Assembly (NCBI GenBank): GCA_963745835.1
Contig: CAVUZH010000013.1
Span: 64,001 to 128,000 of the forward strand
Origin: an uncultured delta proteobacterium
GTDB lineage: Bacteria > Desulfobacterota > Binatia > UBA9968
Reading direction: 5' to 3'
Length of the DNA stretch: 64,000 nt
The notes under the pieces were generated by a model. The model had not been told where the DNA came from. It did not search any database and was given only the letters and a program-made list of their open reading frames with translations. Both the position numbers and the translations under genes were made by a program. Position 1 is the stretch's first letter; every line of letters begins with the position of its first letter. Below are positions 41,235 to 51,200 of this stretch, one piece after another.

Positions 41235-41738
41235 TTATTCAACGATGAGCAAAACTGCGCCCCCCTCGACGGTTTCGCCGGGAGTCACTTTAATCTCTTT
41301 CACCTCGCCATTGATGGGGCTGCGCACTTCGTTTTCCATTTTCATGGCTTCGACGATGACCAGTCCCTGCCCTTTTTCGACGGCATCGCCTTCGGCCACC
41401 AGCACAGCAATCACCTTACCGGGCATCGGCACTGAAACCTTCTGGCGCCCTTGGAATTCGATTCCCGATTGGGTCCCGCCGACACGGACCCGCCGCTCAT
41501 CCACCAAACTTACATGATAGTTGCGACCATCCACTAGTACTTGATATTCATCTTCCGTGTGATCCACTTCGATCTCAAACGATCGATTGTCGACGATCAA
41601 CGAATAATTGGTCCGCCCGGTTTTTTTCCCGTCGATCAAGAACTCGTTGCCATCGATCGAAACCTTGTAAACAGACTTGCCGACTTCATCGATATCGACC
41701 GTGTAGGTCTGTTCTCCCAGCTTTGCAATGAAAGCCAT
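41235..41738 (-). CDS. Biotin carboxyl carrier subunit
   Basis: PMPGKV, EAMKMENE biotinylation motif. Confidence 0.93.
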   Translation of the reverse strand: MAFIAKLGEQTYTVDIDEVGKSVYKVSIDGNEFLIDGKKTGRTNYSLIVDNRSFEIEVDHTEDEYQVLVDGRNYHVSLVDERRVRVGGTQSGIEFQGRQKVSVPMPGKVIAVLVAEGDAVEKGQGLVIVEAMKMENEVRSPINGEVKEIKVTPGETVEGGAVLLIVE

Positions 41739-41748
41739 AATGGACTAG

Positions 41749-43290
41749 CTATAACCGGCGCCAACCCCGCGAGCTAAATGCGGGCTGTAGACGCAGCGCA
41801 TTGCGTTTGCCGCGCTCGCGCCATTTTGACGGTTCGGCAGCGCCTTTGGCTAGCAGCCCCAGCGTGCTTTCCTGTTCACGATGCTTGGCGGCGATGGCCG
41901 CCGACGCCAACGCAATTTCCTTATGCGGAAAGACCTCCTCCTTGCTGGTAGAATGATACTCCTGGTCGATAAATCCGGTATGGACTTTGCCCGACATGAA
42001 ATGAGGGTGACGCAGAATCCATTGATGGAACGATATGTTCGTCTTGATGCCGCGAATTTGATACTCCCGCAGCGCTCGACGCATGCGCAGAATTGCCTCG
42101 ACCCGGTTTTCACCCCAAGTAATCAGCTTTGCGATCATTGGATCATAATAGATAGGCACCTCGGCGCCTTCGTAAACGCCGCAGTCGTTCCTTAGGCCGA
42201 GTCCCTCGGGTAAGCGCAAACCTTCGATTTTTCCCGGGCAGGGCATAAAATCGTTTTCAGCGTCCTCCGCATAGATCCGGCATTCGATAGCATGACCCGT
42301 TTGGGTGATGTGACGCTGTCGCCAGGGAAGGTATCCGCCCGCCGCTATCTCGATCTGCGCCTTCACCAGATCGATGCCAACCACTCGTTCCGTCACCGCG
42401 TGCTCCACCTGTAACCGCGTGTTCATCTCAAGAAAATAGAAATTCTGCTCCTGATCCAGCAGGAACTCGAGGGTGCCGGCGCCAACGTATCGAACCGCCC
42501 GCGCGCCTTGGATGGCAATACGGCCGATGCGCCGCCTGGTGCGATCGTCCAGTCCCGGAGCGGGCGATTCTTCAATTACCTTTTGGTGGCGCCGCTGAAT
42601 AGAGCACTCGCGATCGAAGAGGTGCAGGACACGGCCGTAGTTATCGCCGAGGATTTGAATCTCGATGTGCCGCGGTTTCTCGATGTACTTCTCGACATAC
42701 AACCGCGGATCGCCGAAAGATGATGCCGCCTCCGATCCTACCGCACGATATGCCGATGAGACTTCGCGTCGAGAACGAACCAGACGCAAGCCCTTACCAC
42801 CGCCACCCGCCACCGCCTTCAACATACAGGGATAGCCGATGGCTTCTATGGTACTTAAGACTTGCGCTTCAGACGTCAGTATCCCGTCAGAGCCCGGAAC
42901 GACCGGCACTCCTGCCGCCTTCATGATCCCTCTGGCCTTCACTTTATCGCCCATTTGATCGATAACTTCAGGCGAGGGCCCGATAAAGACAATTCCCTCG
43001 GCCAGGCATCGCTTTGCAAACTGGCTATTTTCAGCCAAGAAGCCGTAGCCCGGATGGACTGCCTCAGCGTGGCTCCGTTTTGCCACCTCGATCATGCGCT
43101 CGATATTCAGATAGCTCTGTACCGAAGGCGCCGGACCAATGGCGTACGCATAGTCGGCATATTTGACGTGCAAGGACTCGCGATCGGCCTCTGAATAAAC
43201 CGCAACGGTTTCGATGTCGAGTTCCCGACAGGCTCGGGCGATACGAACCGCGATTTCACCACGATTGGCTATCAAAATACGTTTAAACAC
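41749..43290 (-). CDS. accC: Biotin carboxylase subunit of an acyl-CoA carboxylase
   Basis: ANRGEIA, HPGYGFLAEN, GGGGKG, EMNTRLQVEH, YDPMIAK. Confidence 0.93.
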   Translation of the reverse strand: MFKRILIANRGEIAVRIARACRELDIETVAVYSEADRESLHVKYADYAYAIGPAPSVQSYLNIERMIEVAKRSHAEAVHPGYGFLAENSQFAKRCLAEGIVFIGPSPEVIDQMGDKVKARGIMKAAGVPVVPGSDGILTSEAQVLSTIEAIGYPCMLKAVAGGGGKGLRLVRSRREVSSAYRAVGSEAASSFGDPRLYVEKYIEKPRHIEIQILGDNYGRVLHLFDRECSIQRRHQKVIEESPAPGLDDRTRRRIGRIAIQGARAVRYVGAGTLEFLLDQEQNFYFLEMNTRLQVEHAVTERVVGIDLVKAQIEIAAGGYLPWRQRHITQTGHAIECRIYAEDAENDFMPCPGKIEGLRLPEGLGLRNDCGVYEGAEVPIYYDPMIAKLITWGENRVEAILRMRRALREYQIRGIKTNISFHQWILRHPHFMSGKVHTGFIDQEYHSTSKEEVFPHKEIALASAAIAAKHREQESTLGLLAKGAAEPSKWRERGKRNALRLQPAFSSRGWRRL

Positions 43291-43338
43291 GTGTGAATTG
43301 AATTATTCGCGGATACTCAGCCAAGTCAGCGTACCAGT

Positions 43339-44887
43339 TTATAGAGGAATATTTCCATGCTTTTTGGGCGGGTTGTAGTCTTGTTTATTTTTCAACATTT
43401 CAAGCGAGCGAATCAGCGTAGGCCGGGTGTCCTCGGGATAAATGACTGAATCGATGTAGCCGAACTCCGCAGCCTTAAACGGATTGGCGAAGGTGTTACG
43501 GTATTCTTGCGTCATTTGATCGCGCGCTTTGCCTGAGTCCTGCGCCTGTTGAAGCGCTTCACGAAAAACAATGTTGATGGCGCCTTCCGGACCCATGACC
43601 GCGATTTCAGCGGTCGGATAAGCTAAATTGATGTCGCCGCCGAGGTGCTTGCTCGACATGACGATGTAACCGCCGCCGTATGCTTTGCGCGTGACGATGG
43701 TAATCTTGGGGATGGTAGCTTCAGCATAGGCGTAGAGCAGTTTCGCGCCATGGCGGATGATGCCGTCAAATTCTTGCGAAGTGCCCGGCAAAAAGCCCGG
43801 CACGTCAACGAAAGTTATCACGGGGATATTGAAGCAGTCGCAAAATCGGATGAATCGCGCGCCCTTGACCGAAGCGTTGATGTCCAGACATCCGGCCAGT
43901 GCCGCAGGCTGATTGGCGACGATACCAACAGGACGGCCGCCTAGACGAGCAAACCCGATGAGCAGATTCGGCGCGAAATCTCGCTGCACTTCGTAAAAAT
44001 AACTCTCGTCGATTACGGCACCGATCAGATCTTTCATGTCATAAGGACGATTGGGATTGTCCGGAACCAAATCGCGCAGCTTTTTATCTCGCCGCAATGG
44101 ATCATCATTCGTCGGATGAAACGGAGGATCTTCTTGATTATTACTGGGCAGGAACGCGATCAGCTCACGGATCATCAACAAGCATTCTTTCTCTCCGTTC
44201 GCGGTAAAATGAGCCACGCCACTCTTGGCGCCGTGGGTCTCGGCGCCGCCCAATTCATCTTTAGTAACTTCTTCGTGAGTAACCGTTTTTATAACATCAG
44301 GCCCTGTGATGAACATGTAGCTGTTGGTTTTCACCATGTAGACGAAATCGGTAATCGCCGGAGAATAAACCGCTCCTCCGGCGCAAGGCCCCATGATGGC
44401 TGAGATCTGCGGGATCACGCCGGATGCCTTCACGTTGCGCAAAAAAATCTCCCCGTAACCCGCAAGGCTAAGCACGCCTTCCTGGATACGCGCGCCGCCC
44501 GAATCATTGATGCCGATAATCGGCGCGCCGTTTTTGACCGCCAGGTCCATTACCTTGCAGATTTTTTCCGCTACGACACCGCTGAGACTACCGCCGAATA
44601 CAGTGAAATCCTGTGAATAAACATAAACCAGCCGGCCATCGATGGCGCCATAGCCGGTAACGACAGCGTCGCCGAGAAATTTCTGTTCTTGCATTTGGAA
44701 ATCAGTGCAGCCGTGTGTACGCAACCGATCCAGTTCAACGAAGCTACTGGGATCGAGAAGAATGTCCAGCCGTTCACGCGCTAGAAGTTTTCCCTGTTCA
44801 TGCTGGCGACGGGCCCGTTGTTCTCCTCCGCCAGCCTCGGCCTTTTGATTTAACTCACGAAGTCTCTCGAATATTGTTGATGGTCAT
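43339..44887 (-). CDS. pccB: Acyl-CoA (propionyl/methylmalonyl-CoA-type) carboxylase carboxyltransferase subunit; +1 frameshift right after the ATG
   Basis: [33 protein letters not shown]. The frame stays open upstream of 44724 ([11 protein letters not shown]...GGGEQR...GKLLARER) up to a TGA overlapping ATG 44887. Confidence 0.88.
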
Positions 44888-45073
44888 GTAAGAAACGTTC
44901 CTTAGCCGCGCAAAGTCAGCGGGTGGCGGGGTTCACGAGTTGGAGCATAATAGCAAAAGTGCCTAGTGTGTCAACAGAATTTGGCTCTAGAACGCTTGTC
45001 TTCATTGAAGTTACATCGTGAACTTGTTACCGTATGGTTCTTCCGAATAAGAATTCGCCTGACACTGGAGAAA

Positions 45074-46270
45074 ATGCTTCAAGTCAAATTCAACCGGTCC
45101 CACAATCAACTCGCTGCATCCTCGAATACTGCCAATCGATCATTGAAGGCAGATGATGCGTTGCTTCTTGTCGCCGCCAGTGAAGGCGACTCGAACATGC
45201 TCTATGCTGTGGGATTCTTTGTCCCGGATCCATTCATTTTTTTTCAGCACAAAAAAAAGAAGTACGTGGTGATGAGCGATCTCGAGCTTGATCGCGCAAA
45301 GCGACAGGCCACGGTGGACCAGGTGCTTTCGCTCTCTGATTATCAGAGAAAGCTGAGGAAGGCGGGCAGCCCTACGACAATGATCGGCATTCTCGAACTG
45401 CTGTTTCGCGAGCGCGGCATACGATCCCTGATGGTGCCGGCGAACTTTTCAGCGCTTTTGGCCGACCAGTTACGGAGCAAAGGCTTCAATTTGGAAGTTA
45501 TGCTAGATCCCTTTTTTCCTGAGCGTGAAATCAAACGCGCGCAGGAAGTGCGGCACATAACCGAGTCGCTGCGTGTGGCCAAATTGGGCCTCGATGCCGG
45601 CATCAGGATGCTCAAAAGGACCAAAGCCCGACGCGACGGGTACTTATATCTAAACGGCTCGAAGCTCACATCCGAAACACTGAAAACCGCCGTGAATACC
45701 ACGATTATGGCTCAAGGATGGCTGCCCAGCCACACGATCATTTCATCCGGTAATCAGTGTGTCGATCCTCATCATGAAGGAACCGGTCCGATCAAGGCGA
45801 ACACTTCGGTCATCTTCGATATCTTTCCCCGCTCGCAAAAGAACGGTTATTTTGGAGATCTCAGCCGGACGGTGGTGCGTGGACGAGCATCGGATAAGCT
45901 CAAGAAAATTTACGCGACTGTGCAGGCCGGACAAAAGATCGGCTTCGACCTGATTCGCGATGGACTCAATGGTAGAGAGATACATCAAAAGATTCTCGAT
46001 CTTTTTGCCCGTGAAGGTTTTCCCACCGGACAAATCAAAGGTCGCATGCAGGGATTCTTCCATGGCACGGGACACGGACTCGGTCTGGATATCCATGAGG
46101 CGCCTCGAATCGCGCCGGTCGATGCCACGCTCAAGAGCGGGCATGTGGTAACGGTAGAACCCGGACTTTATTACCTCGGTATTGGCGGCGTACGACTGGA
46201 AGATGTAGTGCTGGTCACCGACAAGGGCAATAAGAATCTCACCGACTGTCCTCAGTTTCTGGAAATCTAA
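45074..46270 (+). CDS. Xaa-Pro peptidase (M24 family)
   Basis: FDIFP, GDLSRT, HGTGHGLGLDIHE, TVEPGLY, GVRLED; GGAG RBS before ATG 45074. Confidence 0.9.
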   Translation: MLQVKFNRSHNQLAASSNTANRSLKADDALLLVAASEGDSNMLYAVGFFVPDPFIFFQHKKKKYVVMSDLELDRAKRQATVDQVLSLSDYQRKLRKAGSPTTMIGILELLFRERGIRSLMVPANFSALLADQLRSKGFNLEVMLDPFFPEREIKRAQEVRHITESLRVAKLGLDAGIRMLKRTKARRDGYLYLNGSKLTSETLKTAVNTTIMAQGWLPSHTIISSGNQCVDPHHEGTGPIKANTSVIFDIFPRSQKNGYFGDLSRTVVRGRASDKLKKIYATVQAGQKIGFDLIRDGLNGREIHQKILDLFAREGFPTGQIKGRMQGFFHGTGHGLGLDIHEAPRIAPVDATLKSGHVVTVEPGLYYLGIGGVRLEDVVLVTDKGNKNLTDCPQFLEI

Positions 46271-46334
46271 ATCGATCTCTTACGCGGCCACCAGATTCTG
46301 CGCGAACTGCCCGATCTATAATCAGGATTGAATA

Positions 46335-47090
46335 ATGGAAGAAGCAAAGCAGATTGCCGAATGGCTTGACGCGCTGGACCGGCCCAACAAGCAGATGCTT
46401 CGCGCCGCGGTGGACGGTTTAATCGCGGCGTTGCCGGACTCACCTGAAACGGGCAAGAATTTAAAGGACCTGCTGCGCGATTCACAGCGAAGAAATCGCT
46501 GGCCTATCGCCTACATCCTCGCCCACTTGCCTCAACCACCTGCCGAATCATTGGAGATCCTGCTCGATGCTCTTGACGATTCTGACCCAGACGTGCGCTG
46601 GGCCGTTATCTTACTCTTGGCACGCTTGACGAAGCCACAAACGTCAGTAATGGAGCTTACAACATCCCTAATGGCCACCGGCACGGCGACGCAACGCCGC
46701 ATGGTCATCTATTATCTAAAAGAGTTGAAGCGTCAGAACGAAGCTGTTCGACAGGCGCTGTTATCCGCGCTCAACGATTCGGATCCCATGGTTAGAGTTG
46801 CGGCAGTGATCAGCTTGAAAGAACAGGATGTGGATTCGGACGGTAAAACAACTTTATTGGACTTGCTGATGCGCGATCCTGATGTTCGGGTACAGCATGC
46901 GGCGGCGATCACGCTCGCAAGCTTAGGGTCACCGTCCGAAGAATTTTTATCGGCTCTCGATCATGCCACGAAAAGTGCACAGGGGCCGTTGAAGAAGGCT
47001 GCCGTCGCCGCGCAGCGTATCCTCCAGGAAAAAAAAGAGGTCCGTCCCATTAGGCGACTGACGTCGCCGGTGGGACGGACCCCGAGTTAA
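46335..47090 (+). CDS. HEAT-repeat protein
   Basis: Repeated L-x-D-x-D-P-x-V-R units. Confidence 0.8.
   Translation: MEEAKQIAEWLDALDRPNKQMLRAAVDGLIAALPDSPETGKNLKDLLRDSQRRNRWPIAYILAHLPQPPAESLEILLDALDDSDPDVRWAVILLLARLTKPQTSVMELTTSLMATGTATQRRMVIYYLKELKRQNEAVRQALLSALNDSDPMVRVAAVISLKEQDVDSDGKTTLLDLLMRDPDVRVQHAAAITLASLGSPSEEFLSALDHATKSAQGPLKKAAVAAQRILQEKKEVRPIRRLTSPVGRTPS
47029..47081 (-). terminator. Intrinsic terminator of the small minus-strand transcript
   Basis: Minus strand GGTCCGTCCCA...TGGGACGGACC followed by TC and 8 T; inner GGCGAC/GTCGCC hairpin. Confidence 0.8.
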
Positions 47091-47156
47091 CTTCGGTAGA
47101 CTGAGGGGGATTGCTAGGCTTCAAGCTAGAATCCCCGTCAAAGATCCACTTGAAGC

Positions 47157-47201
47157 CTAAGTCTCAGTCACCTCGCAGACAAAACAATTATCATCAATCA
47201 T
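47157..47201 (-). CDS. 14-aa small ORF MIDDNCFVCEVTET
   Basis: ATG at 47201 directly after a very strong SD; TAG at 47157. Confidence 0.55.
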   Translation of the reverse strand: MIDDNCFVCEVTET

Positions 47202-47233
47202 GTCTGGACCACCTCCTTTCCCTGCTGATTTTT

Positions 47234-47262
47234 AGTTTAAGGAGCAAGGTGTCGGCTGTCAA
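47234..47262 (-). promoter_or_regulatory. Sigma-70 promoter of the small RNA
   Basis: TTGACA-17 nt-TAAACT on the minus strand. Confidence 0.75.
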
Positions 47263-47322
47263 CAGGGAAGTGTCGCACGCGGCCAATTTTCACACGCGGA
47301 TGAATCGCGAGGCGATAAAGAA

Positions 47323-48097
47323 CTATGCCGACTGCCAGCCGATGAAACTGATCTGGCGGCCGGTTTCTTTTTTTTCTCGTCGATATGAAAAAAATTCATC
47401 TTTGGCACAGCTAGTACACGGACCGACTCGAAAGATTTGGCTTTGAGGAATGCCGGCGCGATGCAGAATGGTTTCATTTAGATTACGTAAATGAAGGTAA
47501 CTCTTATTATCTCTGGTCTCAATTGAAGAAGTTGCGAGTTCAGCCCATTGTTCGATCAACGGCTGCGCTACATCACGACCGATCTCATAGCAACACGAGT
47601 CAATTGACGGGCCAAGGGCAACTTCCAGCTCCGAAGGCAACACACCATAATTTTCCAGAAAGAATTTGACTGTCTTTGCCGGCGATTCCTTTCAGGGTTC
47701 CACGCCAGCCGGCGTGAACGACCGCGACGATCTTCTGTTCCCGAGCCAGGAAAAGCATAGGCACGCAATCTGCTGTTAGGACCCCCAGAAAAGTATTCTG
47801 CTCGCGCGTCGCCATCCCGTCGGCCTCGCCGGCTTCTTTGAGGTGTGTGTCTTTGACCTCGATCAGGCAATCGCCATGAACCTGCCTCATAGTAACGATG
47901 CGGCCATCATGGATTCCAACGGCGAGCTTCATATCACAGACGTTCTGGCTGACGATCTTGGCATCGTCACCGACGCGATAGGAAACATTGAGCCCGGCAT
48001 AAGCTCCGACGCTTTTGCCACCCTGCCGCCCCATAAAGCCGTGCAGTAAACCTCTGTCGTTTTCCCACTGCGGGACTTTCAACCAGTTGATTTTCAT
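47323..48097 (-). CDS. pgeF: Peptidoglycan editing factor / purine nucleoside phosphorylase PgeF (YfiH); +1 frameshift near 47680
   Basis: QVHG, ADG, TADCVP, HAGWRG in one frame; GPSI..CCYE, CTSC, FFSYRR, GRQ in the next. Confidence 0.88.
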
Positions 48098-48222
48098 ACC
48101 GGGTATTATGTTTGGATCGTCCGCGCGACGCAAGTCGATGAAGAAACCCCGGGCCAGTTATTCACTCTTGCATTGTGGCCCAATTTCGCCGAAATATACC
48201 CCGATAGCTTCGGCAGTGCTAC

Positions 48223-51200
48223 ATGACAAACGGACGATACATCGGCACGCTCAAACAAGCCGGCTTCTTCGCTTTTTTTTGTACCCAATTTCTCGGCGCC
48301 TTCAACGACAACTTTTATAAGATCGTCGTATCTCTGGTGGCGCTCAACGCCGCAAGCCCGCAAAGCGACAGCTTATATGTCGACCTGATCGCCTTCCTCT
48401 TTATCCTGCCTTCCGCGCTCTTCTCCGGCTATGCCGGCCATTTAGCGGATGTCTACAGCAAGCGCTCAATTCTTGTCGCGGTGAAGTGCTTCGAGATCGT
48501 GATCATGGGGATGGGGTTTGCGGCCTTTTTGTCGGGCTATGTCGAGCCTATGCTGGTCATCGTTTTTCTCATGGGCCTTCATTCAGCGTTCTTCAGCCCC
48601 GCGAAATACGCCATTCTGCCCGAGATGCTGCCCGAGACTGAACTCTCGCGCGGCAATGGCTTGTTGGAGATGAGCACCTTTATGGCGATCATCTTGGGAG
48701 TTTCTCTTGGCGGGGCGATTTACTCGATTTGGGAGGACCAGCTTCCCATGGTCGGTCTCATCATGATCGCCATCGCCGTACTCGGAACATTAGCCAGTTT
48801 GAAAATATCTCCGGTGCCCGCGTCGGGCTCGACAAAGAGTTTCAATCTCAATCCGTTCGGTGAAATCTGGCATGGCATAAAGCGGCTTTATCCCGATAGG
48901 CCGCTCCGCCTGACGGTGATTGGAATATCGTATTTTTGGTTCTTGGGAGCTTTGGTCCAGCTCGCTATGTTGTTTTTCGGTAAAGAATTGCTCGAGCTCG
49001 ATGAACTCCACATCAGCCTGTTAGGGACTTTCCTGGCCATTGGCATCGGCATCGGCAGTTTGGCGGCCGGAAAGCTATCCGGCGATAAGATCGAGCTCGG
49101 CCTCGTGCCTCTGGGTTCGATTTCGATGGGATTTTGTTTATTGCTTGTGTCGTATTCCGCATCATCCTATTTTTATACTTCGGCGTCTCTCGTTCTGCTG
49201 GGCTTTTCAGGCGGGCTCTTCGCGGTGCCGCTCAACGCGCTACTGCAACATCGAAGCGGTCGCGAGGAAAAAGGGCAACTGATCGCGACCAACAACTTTT
49301 TCAATACCATTGGCATTATTTTGGCTGCGGCCATTCACTGGGTGTTAAATAGCGGCCTTCAACTCTCGCCCGACTGGATCGTCTTTTTGATTGGAATACT
49401 CACCCTCATGGCCACGGCCATTGTCTTACTGGTTCTGCCCGACTATTTCGTGCGCCTCGTCGCCTGGTTATTGACGCACACGCTTTACCGAATACGGATT
49501 GCGGGCGAAGAAAATGCTCCCCTACGCAGTCCGGCGCTGTTGGTGTCAAATCATGTATCGTTTGCCGATGCCCTCCTGATCGGCGCGTGTCTGCCCGGTT
49601 TCGTTCGCTTCATGCTGCATCGCGATTACTATGAGAACCAATGGCTCAACTGGTTTTTCCGTTTGATGAAGGCGATTCCGATCCGGGCAACCCATCGCCG
49701 CGACGTCGTCAATTCTCTTAAGCAAGCTCGCCAGGAGCTCGAGGCCGGACACGTCGTTTGCATTTTTGCCGAAGGGGCAATCACCCGCACGGGCCACATT
49801 CTTCCATTCAAGCGCGGCTTCGAAAAAATTGTCGAGGGCACGGGCGCGCCGATTATCCCGGTTCACTTGGACCAAGTCTGGGGCAGTGTTTTTAGCTTTC
49901 ATGGCGGGCGATTTTTCTGGAAATGGCCCAAGCTCTTTCCCTATCCGGTCACAGTCTCCTTTGGAAAACCGCTGCCGGCCAATTCGACCGCAAACGAAGT
50001 CCGCCAGAACGTCCTGGAACTCGCCAGCGAAGCGGTGCGGTATCGCCGCCAACCGGCCGATTTGTTGCCCGCCAAATTCGTTCAGATGGCTAAACGTCGA
50101 TGGTTTTCCTTCTGTATGGCAGACACCACCGGCACCGAACTTACTTTCGGCAAGGCGTTGATCGGCAGCATGATGCTGTCCCGCTGGGTGGGCGAGCATT
50201 GCCAGGAAGACAGGATGGTAGGGGTCATGCTCCCGGCTTCGGTCGGTGGCGCGCTGGCGAACATCGCGATCATGTTGGCGGGGAAGGTGCCCGTAAACCT
50301 CAATTTCACTGCCGGGCAAGATGCAATGTTATCAGCCATCAAGCAATGCGGCATCAAAACAATTCTGACTTCGCGGCTATTTCTGACCAAGGCAAGCCTG
50401 GACGAGATGCCCGGAATGGTTTTTCTCGAGGAAGTTAGAAAGACATTCACTGCCGCGCTAAAAATAGTAACCGCCGCCAAAGCAGCGTTGTTGCCGGCGG
50501 GTTACTTGAACCGAAACGTGACGAATAATGCGGCGCCTGAAGATCTCGCTACAGTGATTTTTTCTAGTGGCAGCACCGGCGCCCCTAAGGGAGTGATGCT
50601 CTCCCATTCTAATATCCTCTCCAACGTTGAAGGTATCTGCCAGGTAATTCAGTTCACGAACAAAGACCGCATCATGGGGATATTGCCTTTGTTTCACTCA
50701 TTTGGTTTCACTGCGACAATTTGGCTGCCGCTCCTGGCAGGCTTTGGCGTGGTTTACCATCCAAACCCGATGGACGCCAAAACCATAGGAGAAACCGTGC
50801 AGAAGCATCAGGCTACCTTGCTGATCAGCACGCCAACTTTTTACGCGGGTTACCTGAAGCGCTGTAGTCCTGAGGAATTTTCCAGCCTGCGCTATGCTAT
50901 CGCCGGCGCAGAGAAGTTACGCGAACAGATCACCCGAGGTTACAAAGAAAAATATGGAATTGATCTGCTCGAAGGCTACGGCTGCACAGAACTCGCGCCG
51001 GTGGTCTCGGTTAATATTCCGGACGTAATCGACGGCGACGAAAAACAGATCGGTCACAAGCCGGGTAGCGTCGGACATCCCATTCCGGGGATTGCGGTTA
51101 AGGTCATCGATCCTGACACGGAGCTGCCCTTAGCCTGCGGGCAAGAAGGTTTGCTTCTCGTTAAAGGCCCCAATTGCATGCTCGGCTATCTCCACCAGCC

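Larger units (their letters stand above)
47029..47228 (-). ncRNA. Putative ~200-nt structured small RNA / mini-mRNA with extended Shine-Dalgarno and 14-codon ORF
   Basis: Bounded by a sigma-70 promoter and a terminator. Contains GAAAGGAGGTGGTCCAG, ORF MIDDNCFVCEVTET and nested helices 47099-47169. Confidence 0.65.

Noticed and set aside
47204-47220. Plus-strand CTGGACCACCTCCTTTC looks like a 16S rRNA 3' end
   Set aside because: No other rRNA sequence flanks it. Promoter and terminator orientation show it functions as an SD on the minus strand.
47029-47228. tmRNA or 6S RNA
   Set aside because: No tRNA-like acceptor or T-arm ends, too short for one-piece tmRNA, and no single long rod with a central bubble as in 6S.
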